From assembly GCA_951406725.2 (NCBI GenBank), contig OX597825.1, positions 4,092,001-4,156,000 of the forward strand: a stretch of 64,000 nt of DNA, given 5' to 3'. This document shows positions 12,783 through 24,337 of this stretch, in pieces; position 1 is the first letter of the stretch; every line of letters starts with the position of its first letter. The notes beneath the pieces were generated by a model. The model made no database searches. It saw only the letters and a list, made by a program, of their open reading frames with translations, and was not told the origin of the DNA. The DNA comes from Octopus vulgaris (taxonomy: Eukaryota). Position numbers and translations under genes: made by a program.

Positions 12783-13143
12783 ATATATATATATAGCAAG
12801 AGAAAGAGAGAAATTATTCGTGATGACTGACAAGACAACATGATAGTCAAGCTACTTATGTTTCCAAGCAAAAGTAATATAAAATACATTTGTTATTTCG
12901 TTGTTGTCGTTTAACTAAATAGATTTTATTGTGTCATTAACACTAGTGAGGAGACTATGAATTGGGAACGTGAGGTGATACGCTGCTAAAACGTTTACTC
13001 ATTTACATAGTACTGAATAATGTTTGATAGCATTTATATACACACATACGTGTACACGCACAATTATGAATATATCTGTACATATGCGAATTTGCGATTA
13101 TATACATACAAATGTGTGTGTACGTGTCTGCCTGTGTGTGTAC

Positions 13144-13199
<56 letters not shown>

Positions 13200-13739
13200 G
13201 TGTGTGTATGTAAGTATATATTGTGTTAACAAATGTGTCTTCATACACACATGTGCAGGCATATGTATATATGGCCAAGTCTGTCTCTATGCGTTTGTGT
13301 ATATCCATTATGCATCGTAACTTAAAATGTTTTGCTCCGTGTCAAAGGTAAAGATGTATTTATTAAATAAAAAGAAAAAGCTAACTCGTAGACATTCGGA
13401 TTGAAGTCTACGGTGAATAACTAATGCATCATTTAATCACATAATTTGTAAGTTACTTAGTTGCATTGAAAAGAGAGTTCAAAGGGGCAGCGGCAATTCT
13501 GTATATATTATAATTTATGGCGAAGAAAACTGTCGACAGTTGGTCGTGTTCAATAACAAGAAAAGAAATGTGGAAGCGGATGGGGGGATATCAAGTAACT
13601 AATCATATTCGGTCATATTGCAGAATAATCGTTCTGTACCTGCGACCGCAGAATTCAAATGTTGAGCAAACAACCACATATATATTTCACTATCGATACT
13701 GCTTCCATTAAACGTCCTATAATTGCTGTTGCTTCTAAT

Positions 13740-13953
13740 CCGCCTCCACCTCCTACTTCTCCTGCACCACCACCACCACCACCACCTTCTCATCGAACTC
13801 CCCGTTCTCCTCCGTCTACTACTACTACTACTACTATTACTACTACTACAACAACAACAACTACTACTACTACTACAACAACTACTACTATTGCTACTAC
13901 TACTTCTGCTGCTACTGTAGTTGCTGTCGCCTCTGCTACTGATTCTCAAAACC

Positions 13954-13996
<43 letters not shown>

Positions 13997-14000
13997 ATAC

Positions 14001-14045
<45 letters not shown>

Positions 14046-14046
14046 C
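13740..14046. repeat. Compound trinucleotide microsatellite (CCA/CTA/CAA then TAG)
   Basis: Seen directly; generates the poly-P, T, L and S ORFs. The (CTA)n and (TAG)n tracts are mutually complementary. Confidence 0.97.
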
Positions 14047-14059
14047 TGTAGCACTGGTA

Positions 14060-14460
14060 GATTTTCGATTAATATTGCACCCCGTAATAGTAATTATGTT
14101 CGAAGTACCCCATTTGAAGATGACCAGTTGTGAGAAGAGCTCATTTTGTCAAAGAGAAGTTGCCCAATTAAATGGCATTGACACCAAGCTGTCTGAGTTG
14201 GTTGATTTGAGTTCTGAGGCCTTCGAACCACCATTGGAAACAGCTTTAACTAGTAAGAATCTCAAAAGCTTTAAACACGTACTAATGATAGAACGAACAT
14301 GACCATCACACACAGAACGTGTTGAGAGGTGTGTTAAAATGGTCACTGAAGCAGCGAGTCATGTTTGCAGTCACGAGAAGCGAGAGGGTTACATCAAACC
14401 GCAAACACTCAGTCGGAAACTGACGAAAAGAAACAACTGCAAGAAGGACGTCAAGGTTTA
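14060..14460 (+). pseudogene. C-terminal fragment of an uncharacterised invertebrate transposon-like protein
   Basis: ORF 14075-14302 (..LNGIDTKLSELVDLSSEAFEPPL..) continues past one stop as PSHTERVERCVKMVTEAASHVCSHEKREGYIK, resembling the recurrent PCHTQxVERxVKxVTEAS motif of multicopy invertebrate proteins. Superfamily not assigned. Confidence 0.6.
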
Positions 14461-15059
14461 GACTGCTTTCAAACAAAATATTGCAATATATTCCAGTATA
14501 TATGAAAGTTGAAATAGAAAGATACTGTTGAAAAGCAATTATGCTCAGCATTTTGAAAACATATAAATTTCAATCTCATACAGATGTAGTTACGAGTTAC
14601 ATAAAATTGTTTTCCTTTCTAGAATTTTATTTTATATGCTAAAAGGTGACAATAAATTACTACCAAAATTAAAGATTATGACTTCTATTTATTCCCTGAA
14701 TTTGACTCACAATGATATATATACATACATATATACATACATGCATACATACATATACATATACATCTCAGTTTTAGTTTCATTGAACGTGTGTTTAATA
14801 GTAGTGACCTTATAACTTGCACTTATTACGGTACGCTTCGTTTTTCATTAGTTCTGTCTTCATACTTTCACCTCAACTACGAACATATGACGACTTCGCG
14901 AAAAGTGCTATCACGAATTTCGCAGAGTTTCTACATGTTAAAATTGGTCGTATTCATTTAGGACCATAATTCTGATTATTTTTTATCAAATCCTTCGATT
15001 AGGTTGATCTACCCGAGCAAATCTGATTGGGGTAGAATCAGTAAATATTTTATCGATCG

Positions 15060-15580
15060 TATTATTCCCATCGTGAGGGATCAGGTTCGACTTATTTAGT
15101 CAAAGCCGAGCCGCTAGTTCTAATAGTGCTTCGGAGAAAACGGCCGACCAACTGTTATGCCTAGAACATGCAGCGTCGAGAAATCGACCCCCCTAGTCAG
15201 GACAAGAAGATCTATCCTCAATTTGTGGATGGGAGTTGGCAGCAGACAGCCCAGACATTTTAAGAATCTGGTGAGTCCTTTTAGCCAGAGCTGCCCCTCT
15301 TGGTTCCCACCTGTTTGGCAGTTTTGCCCGGTAGGATCCGCACGATGGATACATTAATGTGTCTGACACCGTCTACCAATAACTGAACCTCCTTCTTGGC
15401 CAGGACCGCTACTTCCTCTTCTGACCAACAGCCCCTGGGCCTTCGGCTAGGGGTCTCCGCAGCAGCTGCTCGAACCGCACGCTTCCTAGCCAGCTGCTCC
15501 TTATGAGCAGCAACCCCGCGCTGATCGGCGGCGACAGGATGTTTATGGCGTACGTGCTGCGATGAACCTGCAGCCGTCAA
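15060..15580 (-). mobile_element. R2/NeSL-like non-LTR retrotransposon N-terminal fragment (zinc-finger tail plus Myb domain)
   Basis: GC-rich island. ORF 15281-15580 has SQHVRHKHP (end of a C2H2 finger) and WSEEEVAVL..INVSIVRILPGKTAKQVGTKR (R2-type Myb domain). Confidence 0.8.
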
Positions 15581-16813
15581 AAAAGAACGGCTGCAGTAGT
15601 CACACTTATAGTCGTTTTAATTTTATTAATCTCTTGATAAGTCAGAAAATATTCAACAGTCATCAACCACGTATATTAAATAAAACTACTTTCAATATTC
15701 TCTATGATAGAGACCAACGCCACTTAGATATTTCGACTGAAGTCTCTAATATACCACCTCGAAATTGAATGGTTTATCAACCCATTTGAATACTTCATCA
15801 TTCCGGAAAGCTTCTTGAGTAATTTCTTCTCACATTTATAAATAGAGATTTTAATTCTAGTTGTCATTATTAATGAGTGAAATGAACCATTTAGCTTCTT
15901 TCTATAGTTTAAATATATTCTATATCCTATAAGTTTTAGGAAATTAAATCTTCACAGTTGCAACAATTTTGAGCTACGGAAGATAATTTGAGGTGAATGT
16001 TCCAGAGAAAGATTTCACCAAATGTTTCTCTAGTGTGGCTGTCTGAGAGTGCAAAATTAATTCATCTTCCATGACAATATTAAACGGTAATATATTCAAA
16101 TCTCAAAGGAAAGTCTGTGAAATATGTTTACCGTCGGTTAAATTAATAAATGGAGAGGATGTTGCGGCTAATAGAACAGTTTCGTTATTTTCTCACTCAA
16201 AAAACACAAACATTGAATCGACAACATTTGGTATACACTTAATTTAATAAAACTGATGCTTTCATTTTTTTTTTATTTATATCATATTTATGAGATTGAA
16301 ATGTATTTTCCCAAAAGAGGGCAGACATGCAGGAATCACTCAATATATCGACATTCTGTCAACACACTCTCACAACATTAGTTTCTATATATATATCTAT
16401 ATATATACATTCTCGCACACAATGAATCTGTGACACATATAGAAGCAAACGGGTAGACCCAGCTCCTTCTCCACCACACATATTTACCGATATATTAAGA
16501 AAGAGACAATAGAAGGAGAGAGATAAAGGCACGCCCGACTGGTTAACAATGTCTCTTCGAAATGACCAGGTATCGGGTTCATTTCAGCTGTATGGAATTA
16601 CTTGCAGGTTTCCTTGAGGGAAACTGGTACTTGATAGGCACTACCTGTAAGTTGTCATGCGTGATACCACTGATTCAGAAATAAAGCCATTCAGTGGAGA
16701 CAGAACTGAATCATTCTGTAAGCCGACGGTGTTTATTCTACGTATATATGTACATAAACATGTATACAAACACACACATACACGCACAGATATACGCAAA
16801 CACACACGCACGA

Positions 16814-16908
<95 letters not shown>

Positions 16909-18349
16909 AGTTTGTACGTGTACTCATATATAGACATAGATATATGTATATACATGTACTTATTAATGTACCGTCTGCATATTTTTAATCAAATTTCTTA
17001 TTGAATAAATATTCGGTGTATTATTATACTACATATGTTTCGACGAATTTGTATAAAGTCGTTTAATGTGTGAACGTAGGTGTGAGAAGCAACTCTTCAA
17101 GATTTCCCAGGTGGTTATATCATATGTTCATTGAAACAAATTAATTTGTTCTGTAGTCGAATATTAAACTTTCGTTACTGAGATGTGACGGCATTACTAT
17201 AAGAGACTTGTGTACTTGCATAGAAACACAAAACTCATATAGGTGCATATATAAATATGCATGTCTATCTTTATTAAAATTTATATCATATATTTAACAG
17301 CTGTTCTGTTCAAAAGTGAGGTTAAAGCTGCTTCACTGTATTCGTGGACGTTGTGTCGCAATAAATCTTACAGTCATGGTAGTTCGATGAAACCTAATTA
17401 TGAAATTACCTGAGTTTAGGTAACTAATAAATTAGAAGTAATCGTATTAATTTACTTATATCTTTCTCTGATGAGGTAAAAAGGTTTGCCAAGAAATTAC
17501 ACGATTTATATATTATCAGTCGAGCTCACTCGTGCATTATTACAGCTGATATAAACACAGGCACACAAACACACATACACATATATATGCGCCTACTGAC
17601 AAAGTCTACAAGAAATTCATTAATACTTCTGTAATGAAATTTAGATTCCTGAAAGTGAACATATTTTATATACAACTAAATGTTTGCCGATGTCACATTA
17701 AATATGTCTAACACAGCATATTTTCTCTATAAATAAAATGATAAGCGCTAATATATTAAGATTTTCCGGTGACTCTTTCAGATTTATGTCCTTTCTAGTT
17801 TCAAGTGTAGCCTAAAATTCATCTACTTTATCTTCCAAACGACACATCGTTTATAAATTGTAAAGAATCAGAAGAAAGATCTCTGCACACGTATCTCCCT
17901 AGAAAAAGGTAAATATAACTGGAGTGCGGTTTTAACATATGTCAAATGCATTATATATTTCTATGTGGATTCAGACCACTTTTGAACATTGGATTGTTAA
18001 TACTTAACGCTAATCATCACCGCCTTTTTTTATTATCCGTTAATTAAACACTCTAGTAATCTATTGTCCGTGTATTGGGATTTCACTTAAACCAGCAGAT
18101 TGGTCAATTGTTACACTTTGAAGTTGGCATTTAATCCTCTATATATTCACTTGCCCAGTATCTCCATAAGAAGGGGACATTGGGAAGCCTATGTCTATGG
18201 CTTGAGCAAACGAAGGTAAACAATCTATCCACGTGTATTCAAGAAAGGGTATGATGCGAAATTGGACAACATTACGGACATGACGGTGGTCGAGTGATAT
18301 ATCACTGGTTGTGAAAGCTACGATATAGAGTGAATATGAATGTGTGATT

Positions 18350-18381
<32 letters not shown>

Positions 18382-18884
18382 CACCACATAGAAACATACA
18401 TTCATTCATACATGTATAGTGATAACCAACAGATTTCCTTGTTCTCAATGTCATAACTGACATTCGAATATTACCTCCCAAATGACTATTCAGCCCTAAT
18501 GCAGCTCTACAGCGCTAGGAGCATAGGTGACGGCGAAATCGTTTAATTAATGTGTATATCCAACTAGTTAGGTCAGCGAACATCGCCACTTTCCTGTTGC
18601 CATAGGATACGTACTAGATGGAATAACGATTAAGATCACCGTAAAGAAATATCTGTACGGCACTGAATTATGGTGACAAACACTTGTATAACAAGAGTAC
18701 CACTCTTCGAGTCTCCCTGACGAGTACCTACTGACAGAACATACAGGTATGAGAAGTAATCTCGTGAAATCGCAGGTTTCACATCAGAGCGTTACCCTCC
18801 AAGAAGGATATTGTGACAACATTTAAGGGCCCCACATTCTCGGTGGTTGTGAGCACGTCATAAGTAAAAAGATATATTTGCATA

Positions 18885-19088
18885 TACAAGTATCAGGTGT
18901 GTTATGAGCATTTATAGAACAGGTATCCTATATAAACTTAACAAACAATTAAAGATGGAGAAGAGATGGTTTTAAAGTTTTAGGTAATTTTATAAAACTT
19001 TTAACATCTTTTCCCCATCTTTTATTGTTTGTTGAGTTTATTTAGAAGACCTGTTCTATAAATGCACATAACACACCTGCTACTTGTA
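18885..19088. repeat. Inverted repeat, ~97-bp arms, ~10-nt loop
   Basis: tacaagtatcaggtgtgttatgagcatttatagaacagg.. pairs with ..cctgttctataaatgcacataacacacctgctacttgta; roughly 85% identity by eye. Confidence 0.95.
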
Positions 19089-19169
19089 AAATTTTCATTT
19101 AAAAAAAAAATACTTACAACGGTAAGCTACATATCATATATGAAGAATCTTTATTACAAATCTAACTTT

Positions 19170-20057
19170 GGAGCGCCCCCCCACCAATTCCAAGAATGAA
19201 ATTGAACTCAACCCTTCTCACATATATTTGCACATACATTCTCACACACATGTGCATATGCATAGCATATCATCCACTGAAGTCGCCCTGCAGATGGTAC
19301 ATCTTTTCTTTACTTTTTCTTATTTTTTGTTGCAGTGCTTCACTCCTGTTCGGCGATTTTTGTGACGGCTGAAAAGAAAGAACAGCGTGCTTCCGTGAAA
19401 TTCTGTATTCTTCTGGGGAAAACAACAACCCGAAGGAGTTGTTATGCTTCCAAAATCTTACAAGACCACTGCCATCAGGAAGACACAAGTTTACAAGTGG
19501 TTTTCAGGCTTTAGAAATGGCCACTTGTCATTTGAAGTGACCTCGTTCACGGTGACCCAGGGAACGAATAAAAACATCACGAAAACTCATGAATTGATCT
19601 TGGAGGAACGTTACCGAATAATTGACGACCTTGTTGATATGTCGGCGGTGTCCTGGAGCACTTGCCAACGAATATTGTGCAAAGGATTGCGAATGAAAAG
19701 AGTTGCAGCAAAATTTGTACTTCTCTTGCTTACGGAAGTTCAAAAGTAGTTACGACTGAATGCATGTCGTGAACTTAAAGAACAGTTGGAGATTGACCCG
19801 AACCTTTTTTGGAAAGTTATCTTTCGTGATGACGGAATATTCAGATATTGAAGATATCAAGCGAATAACGATGGACGCGTTAAGATTTATCAATTCACAA
19901 GAGTTCCAGTAATGCTTCCAACAGTGCAGAATGACGTGTCTGCAACAATGGTCTGCTTGAAATGGAGAATAATTTGAAGGTGAGAAAAGTGTAAACATGT
20001 AAAACTAAATAAGTAAAAAATTTATTGAAAATTTCCGTTTCCTTTTGGGTACCCCCT

Positions 20058-20058
<1 letters not shown>
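19170..20058 (+). mobile_element. Internally deleted mariner element
   Basis: ORF 19444-19749 (KTQVYKWFSGFRNG..SWSTCQRILCKGLRMKRVAAKFVLLLLT); decayed C-terminus around 19900-19985; TIR-like ccgtttccttttgggtacccc at ~20036-20056. The left boundary is uncertain. Confidence 0.85.
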
Positions 20059-20117
<59 letters not shown>

Positions 20118-21211
20118 GAGAGATTGTGTGTGTGTGTGGTCTAAGGAATATCCAGTAATTACCTTCACTAACAAGGCAACGGTAACTGGTAAATCGTATT
20201 CTACAGTAGGAGAAAGAAAACATGACCAAGTAAATAGATCCACTATTTGGTTACAATTAGGTTCCGGATTCGATCTTCTTTTCATTTTATCTACCGATGT
20301 TTTGTAAATAAATTTGGATAGACTGGATTTGCACAGAAAACCTTCTGAACGATAATACGCACAGACCTTGTCACATAATGTGTTAGGCTAAGTCAACCAG
20401 AGGGTAATGGGTCATGTGTTGAGAAACTGCCGAAGAGGCCTAACTTTATATTAGAGTATACTACTTACCGAATGTGATGGAAAACTTATGTGTATATGAC
20501 TATGGGCAAGATGTCTGTGTGCTTATCTAGAATTATTATTAGTTCAGGAAAAATACCATTTATGTGAAAGGAAATATCAAGAAATAACATTCTTCTTTTT
20601 TTTGAAAATTTTTATTTTAAAAGTATATTATTTCATAATTACTATAAATTGAAGGCAATGGTAATTATTCCCTTGATAGGATGTCAAATAGAATTCAAAT
20701 GGATCTTCTAATTACCCTCAATATATTTGCAAATTATGTTAGAACACTAAATGAGAATCCGAAATCGAACATATTTTTAGGTCACTGTCATTTACGTAAA
20801 CGAATGTTAACTAATCTAGAATAAACGAAGAATATTAATAACAAAAACAGATGTTTTATTCACTACATAAAAATGGTATAATAACTCTTCTCACCTCAAT
20901 ATGATATACGAAAGGCCTCAAAATAATTAGCAGATAATTTAATAATTATCAAAATTATCCAAATAATTATAAGAATTATCAGAATATTAATCGGAATAAT
21001 TATCAGAAAATTACTTCTTGCTGCGAGGCCAAGCATTCAGCATTTTGAATCACAAAACAAATTTTTACATGCTGCTTACAAAGAGCAGCTCATATGCTTC
21101 TACTAGAAAACTGATGTAGTACATCTCTTCCAGCAGAAAATATATTAATTCCCAACGATAAAATATATTAACAAATAAGAAAAGCCTGACGTCATACACT
21201 TTCTAAGTAAT

Positions 21212-21249
<38 letters not shown>

Positions 21250-21319
21250 TAAATACATGCATCTGTGCATGTACATATGCATGTACATATGATGTATGTA
21301 CATGTGCATGTACGTATGC

Positions 21320-21414
<95 letters not shown>

Positions 21415-22474
21415 TAGGCATGCGTACATGCACAGAAACATACATACTTATGTATATATGCAGAAGAAAGATAGACAGAATGTGAGAAAAGAAATATAGA
21501 AAGGAAACAAAAGATTAATTCTTCCCGCAACTACTGATAGCTTAATGCATTTAAAAAATATTTCCCAATGAAATATATCAAGAGAGTTGAGAGAAAGAAA
21601 AAAAAAATCGTTTGCTAAACTTGAATAATAATAGTTAGTGATCGATTGTATTAGCAGTGTATTGTGACTTTCAATACCTTCAGTTGCTGTTTGCAGAATT
21701 TTATATGTTTTTGTTTTATACTGGGGAAAATTATCTACGTGGGGCGTCTTAAAATGGTTGCCTTCCCTGCTTAAAATGGGTAGAAAATGTTCATTCAAAT
21801 CACATTCTATACATTTAAAGAAGGAAGAAAGCATTTAGATAGTGTTCTCTTATATATATTGTATGAAAATAACAATGACACGACCATATGTATAACGTCC
21901 CTTCTTATAGTTCCGTACCTTAAAAGTGGATATGTGTATTACATGCGAGCCTTGGGAAATCATCTAATTCTTAGCTGACCTCGCTACAATTGAAACCAAT
22001 TTCTCTTGTATCTAGATTCTTACAGCTTATAAAATGTGAAATGCACCGATTAATGTAGCTCAAGATGCTATAAATATATTACAAAATGAGAGTTAGTATA
22101 GCTTTGAACTGATTTATGGTTGATCAAACAACTGCTGCAGCTAAAGGAGATATAGATTTGTCAACCCACCTCGTATAAAGATGGTTGCGCCAAGCTGGGC
22201 TCTAGCTTTACAAGCATCACTCTTTAGTCTCACATATCACATTGAATCCCGACAGCATTTCCCAAAATATGGTCTATTTTATAAAACACCCTGTCCCAAT
22301 CCGTATACTGCAGATCTGACCACACTCGTTTTCCCATCCCTAATGTTACATGTCACCATTTCGCCTGAATTAAAATTGGGCCCTTATATTTTGAAGATCG
22401 TTCTCTGTTTATGACTGTCTGTGGCCCTCTTCGGCTTTCATAATTTTCGGATATAAAGACAGTGAGCAAGAAGA

Positions 22475-22680
22475 AACCTTAGCGCGTCGGACAAAATGCT
22501 TCGTAGCCTTTCTTCCAGCTCTTTATGTTCGGAACTCAAATTGCACCAAGGTAAACTCTGCCTATCATCATTTAGAAGCCGATAAACTAATGTATGATTG
22601 AGCACTGCGCCGATGCGATCAACTGCCTTGTCCGCTAAAACTGCTGACCTTCTGCCAGGATTTGAAACAAATCTGAAAGA
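22475..22680 (+). mobile_element. Decayed tRNA-derived SINE (same family as the 57-58 kb and 60.9 kb copies)
   Basis: ttagcgcgtcggacaaaatgcttcg..ctcaaattgcaccaaggtaaactctgcctatcatc..gccgataaa is a diverged reverse complement of the minus-strand copies. Confidence 0.65.
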
Positions 22681-23364
22681 CGAAACAATTGTTTGATTTC
22701 TTGGTTATTTGTCTCATTTTGGGATGGTGACGGTTTAAGGGGCGGGGGATGGCATCGGATTGGCGCCAAAATTTACTCTGGGGTGTAAAATGGGGTGCGC
22801 AATGGGGTGGGGAGGGTCGCAAGTAGCTCGGGGCTACCGTTTGATTGCCATGGTGAAGAAAATGGGAAAAATTGAGTTTTATGGCATAGACAGGTTGCGC
22901 TGTTTGAATAATGGTGGCTTTCCGTGTTCTTGCGGGGTCTAGAGGCGGTTATCTTTAATCTAATCTATAAAATGAAGAAGGCGAACGTTAATACAAATTG
23001 GATTTTTATGTAAAAAAAAGGCGTCTAAATGGGGTTGGAAGGGGATTAATATCTACAGGAGGGGGTAACTTGTGGTGACAAATTGATTGGGAGACGTTTT
23101 AAGGCGCTGCAGTGGTTACTTTGCTGTGAAAACGGGCATTTTATTGACTTTTGGGGACACTTGGTGGGTCTAGATTGGGTACCTTTTGCCCGATTTCAAT
23201 CAAATGTTCAACATGGCAAAGTGGGAGCGGATTTGTAATTTAATCGCGGAAAATGGGTTCGAAATTTTGAAAATTATGGCAAGTTTTTGAAGTTGAAAAA
23301 ATTTCTTATTTTTACGTATATTTGCTTTTCATTTTTTATTGTTTACAGTTATCATTTTTTCTGA

Positions 23365-23530
23365 AAGAAATTTACAACGACGTATTGAAAATCTTTTTCA
23401 ACGTTGGGAAGAAGATGTAAACAACAAGGGTGAATACATTATTGATTAATTAGTTGTTATTTTTTATTAAACCTTTTAGAAAATTTAAATTTAAAAAAAA
23501 AACGGCAGGAACTTAGTTGACACCCTAATA
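23365..23530 (+). mobile_element. Mariner 3' end with TIR
   Basis: Encodes RIENLFQRWEEDVNNKGEYIID*, ends ggaacttagttgacaccctaata, and closely matches 40470-40610. Confidence 0.88.
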
Positions 23531-23589
23531 TATTTCACAATATATTTCAGAGCTATCAATTTATATCTCAGACATCGCATTTATTGGTT

Positions 23590-23795
23590 TGAAAATTGGT
23601 CACAAGCTCAGCAATTTCGAGGAAGGCAATGAGCTGATTCTATCGACCGCTGTCCTCAACTTGTACATATTTTGTCGACCCCGAAAGGATGTAAGAGAAA
23701 GGGCTCCCGGTTGTATTTGAACTGAGAACGTAAACACTGATGAAATACGCTAACTATTTTGACCTGCGTGATAACTATTTTGCCACTTCACCGCC
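23590..23795 (-). mobile_element. tRNA-derived SINE
   Basis: ttttgtcgaccccgaaaggatg...atttgaactgagaacgtaa is the reverse complement of a B-box-like cagttcaaat plus the conserved catcctttcggggtcga core. Confidence 0.8.
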
Positions 23796-24302
23796 ATATC
23801 ATTACGTTTAATAACCACAACATTCTGGAGTATATCCCCCACCACCTAATTATCATCGATAGATTATCACTTCCACTTTCTGTCACGCTGCAGATATCTG
23901 ATTTCTCTCTTCATACTTCATCCCTTGCATCTTTTCTCCTATTATCTCAGTCCCCTCTCATCCTAACTTATGAATGCAATCGTCATTACACATTATCCCA
24001 TCTTTGTTGTCTTCACGCTATAATCCGATTTATTTCTGAAAGGTTAAAAACAAGTTTGAATATACCCCACCCCACGAAGTATTTTCTTATCTCGTAAAAT
24101 CCATAATTACTCTCCGCTCTTTCATTTCTCGACATAGCCATTCAGCACTGTAATAAATAGATCTCCTCTATTTTTTCTGTATACCACATTCCCATGAACC
24201 ACAATTGTTCAATGTTTTACACCGTTCAATCGGGAAGTAAAACTTTAAAACTTCTCTTTGTTTCTTTTACTGACTTTCTCTCTCTCTCTTTCCCTTCCCC
24301 CG

Positions 24303-24337
<35 letters not shown>

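Noticed and set aside
13599-14054. Mucin-like or poly-amino-acid ORFs
   Set aside because: A compound trinucleotide microsatellite open in several frames on both strands.
17028-17105. Minus-strand TTGAAGA...GAAA-catatg-TA
   Set aside because: Palindromic stem III is present, but C3 is absent and stems I and II do not pair.
17462-17510. CTGATGA-ggtaaa..tttgcc-aa-GAAA
   Set aside because: Stem II pairs, but two extra nucleotides precede GAAA and no stem III, UH or stem I follows.
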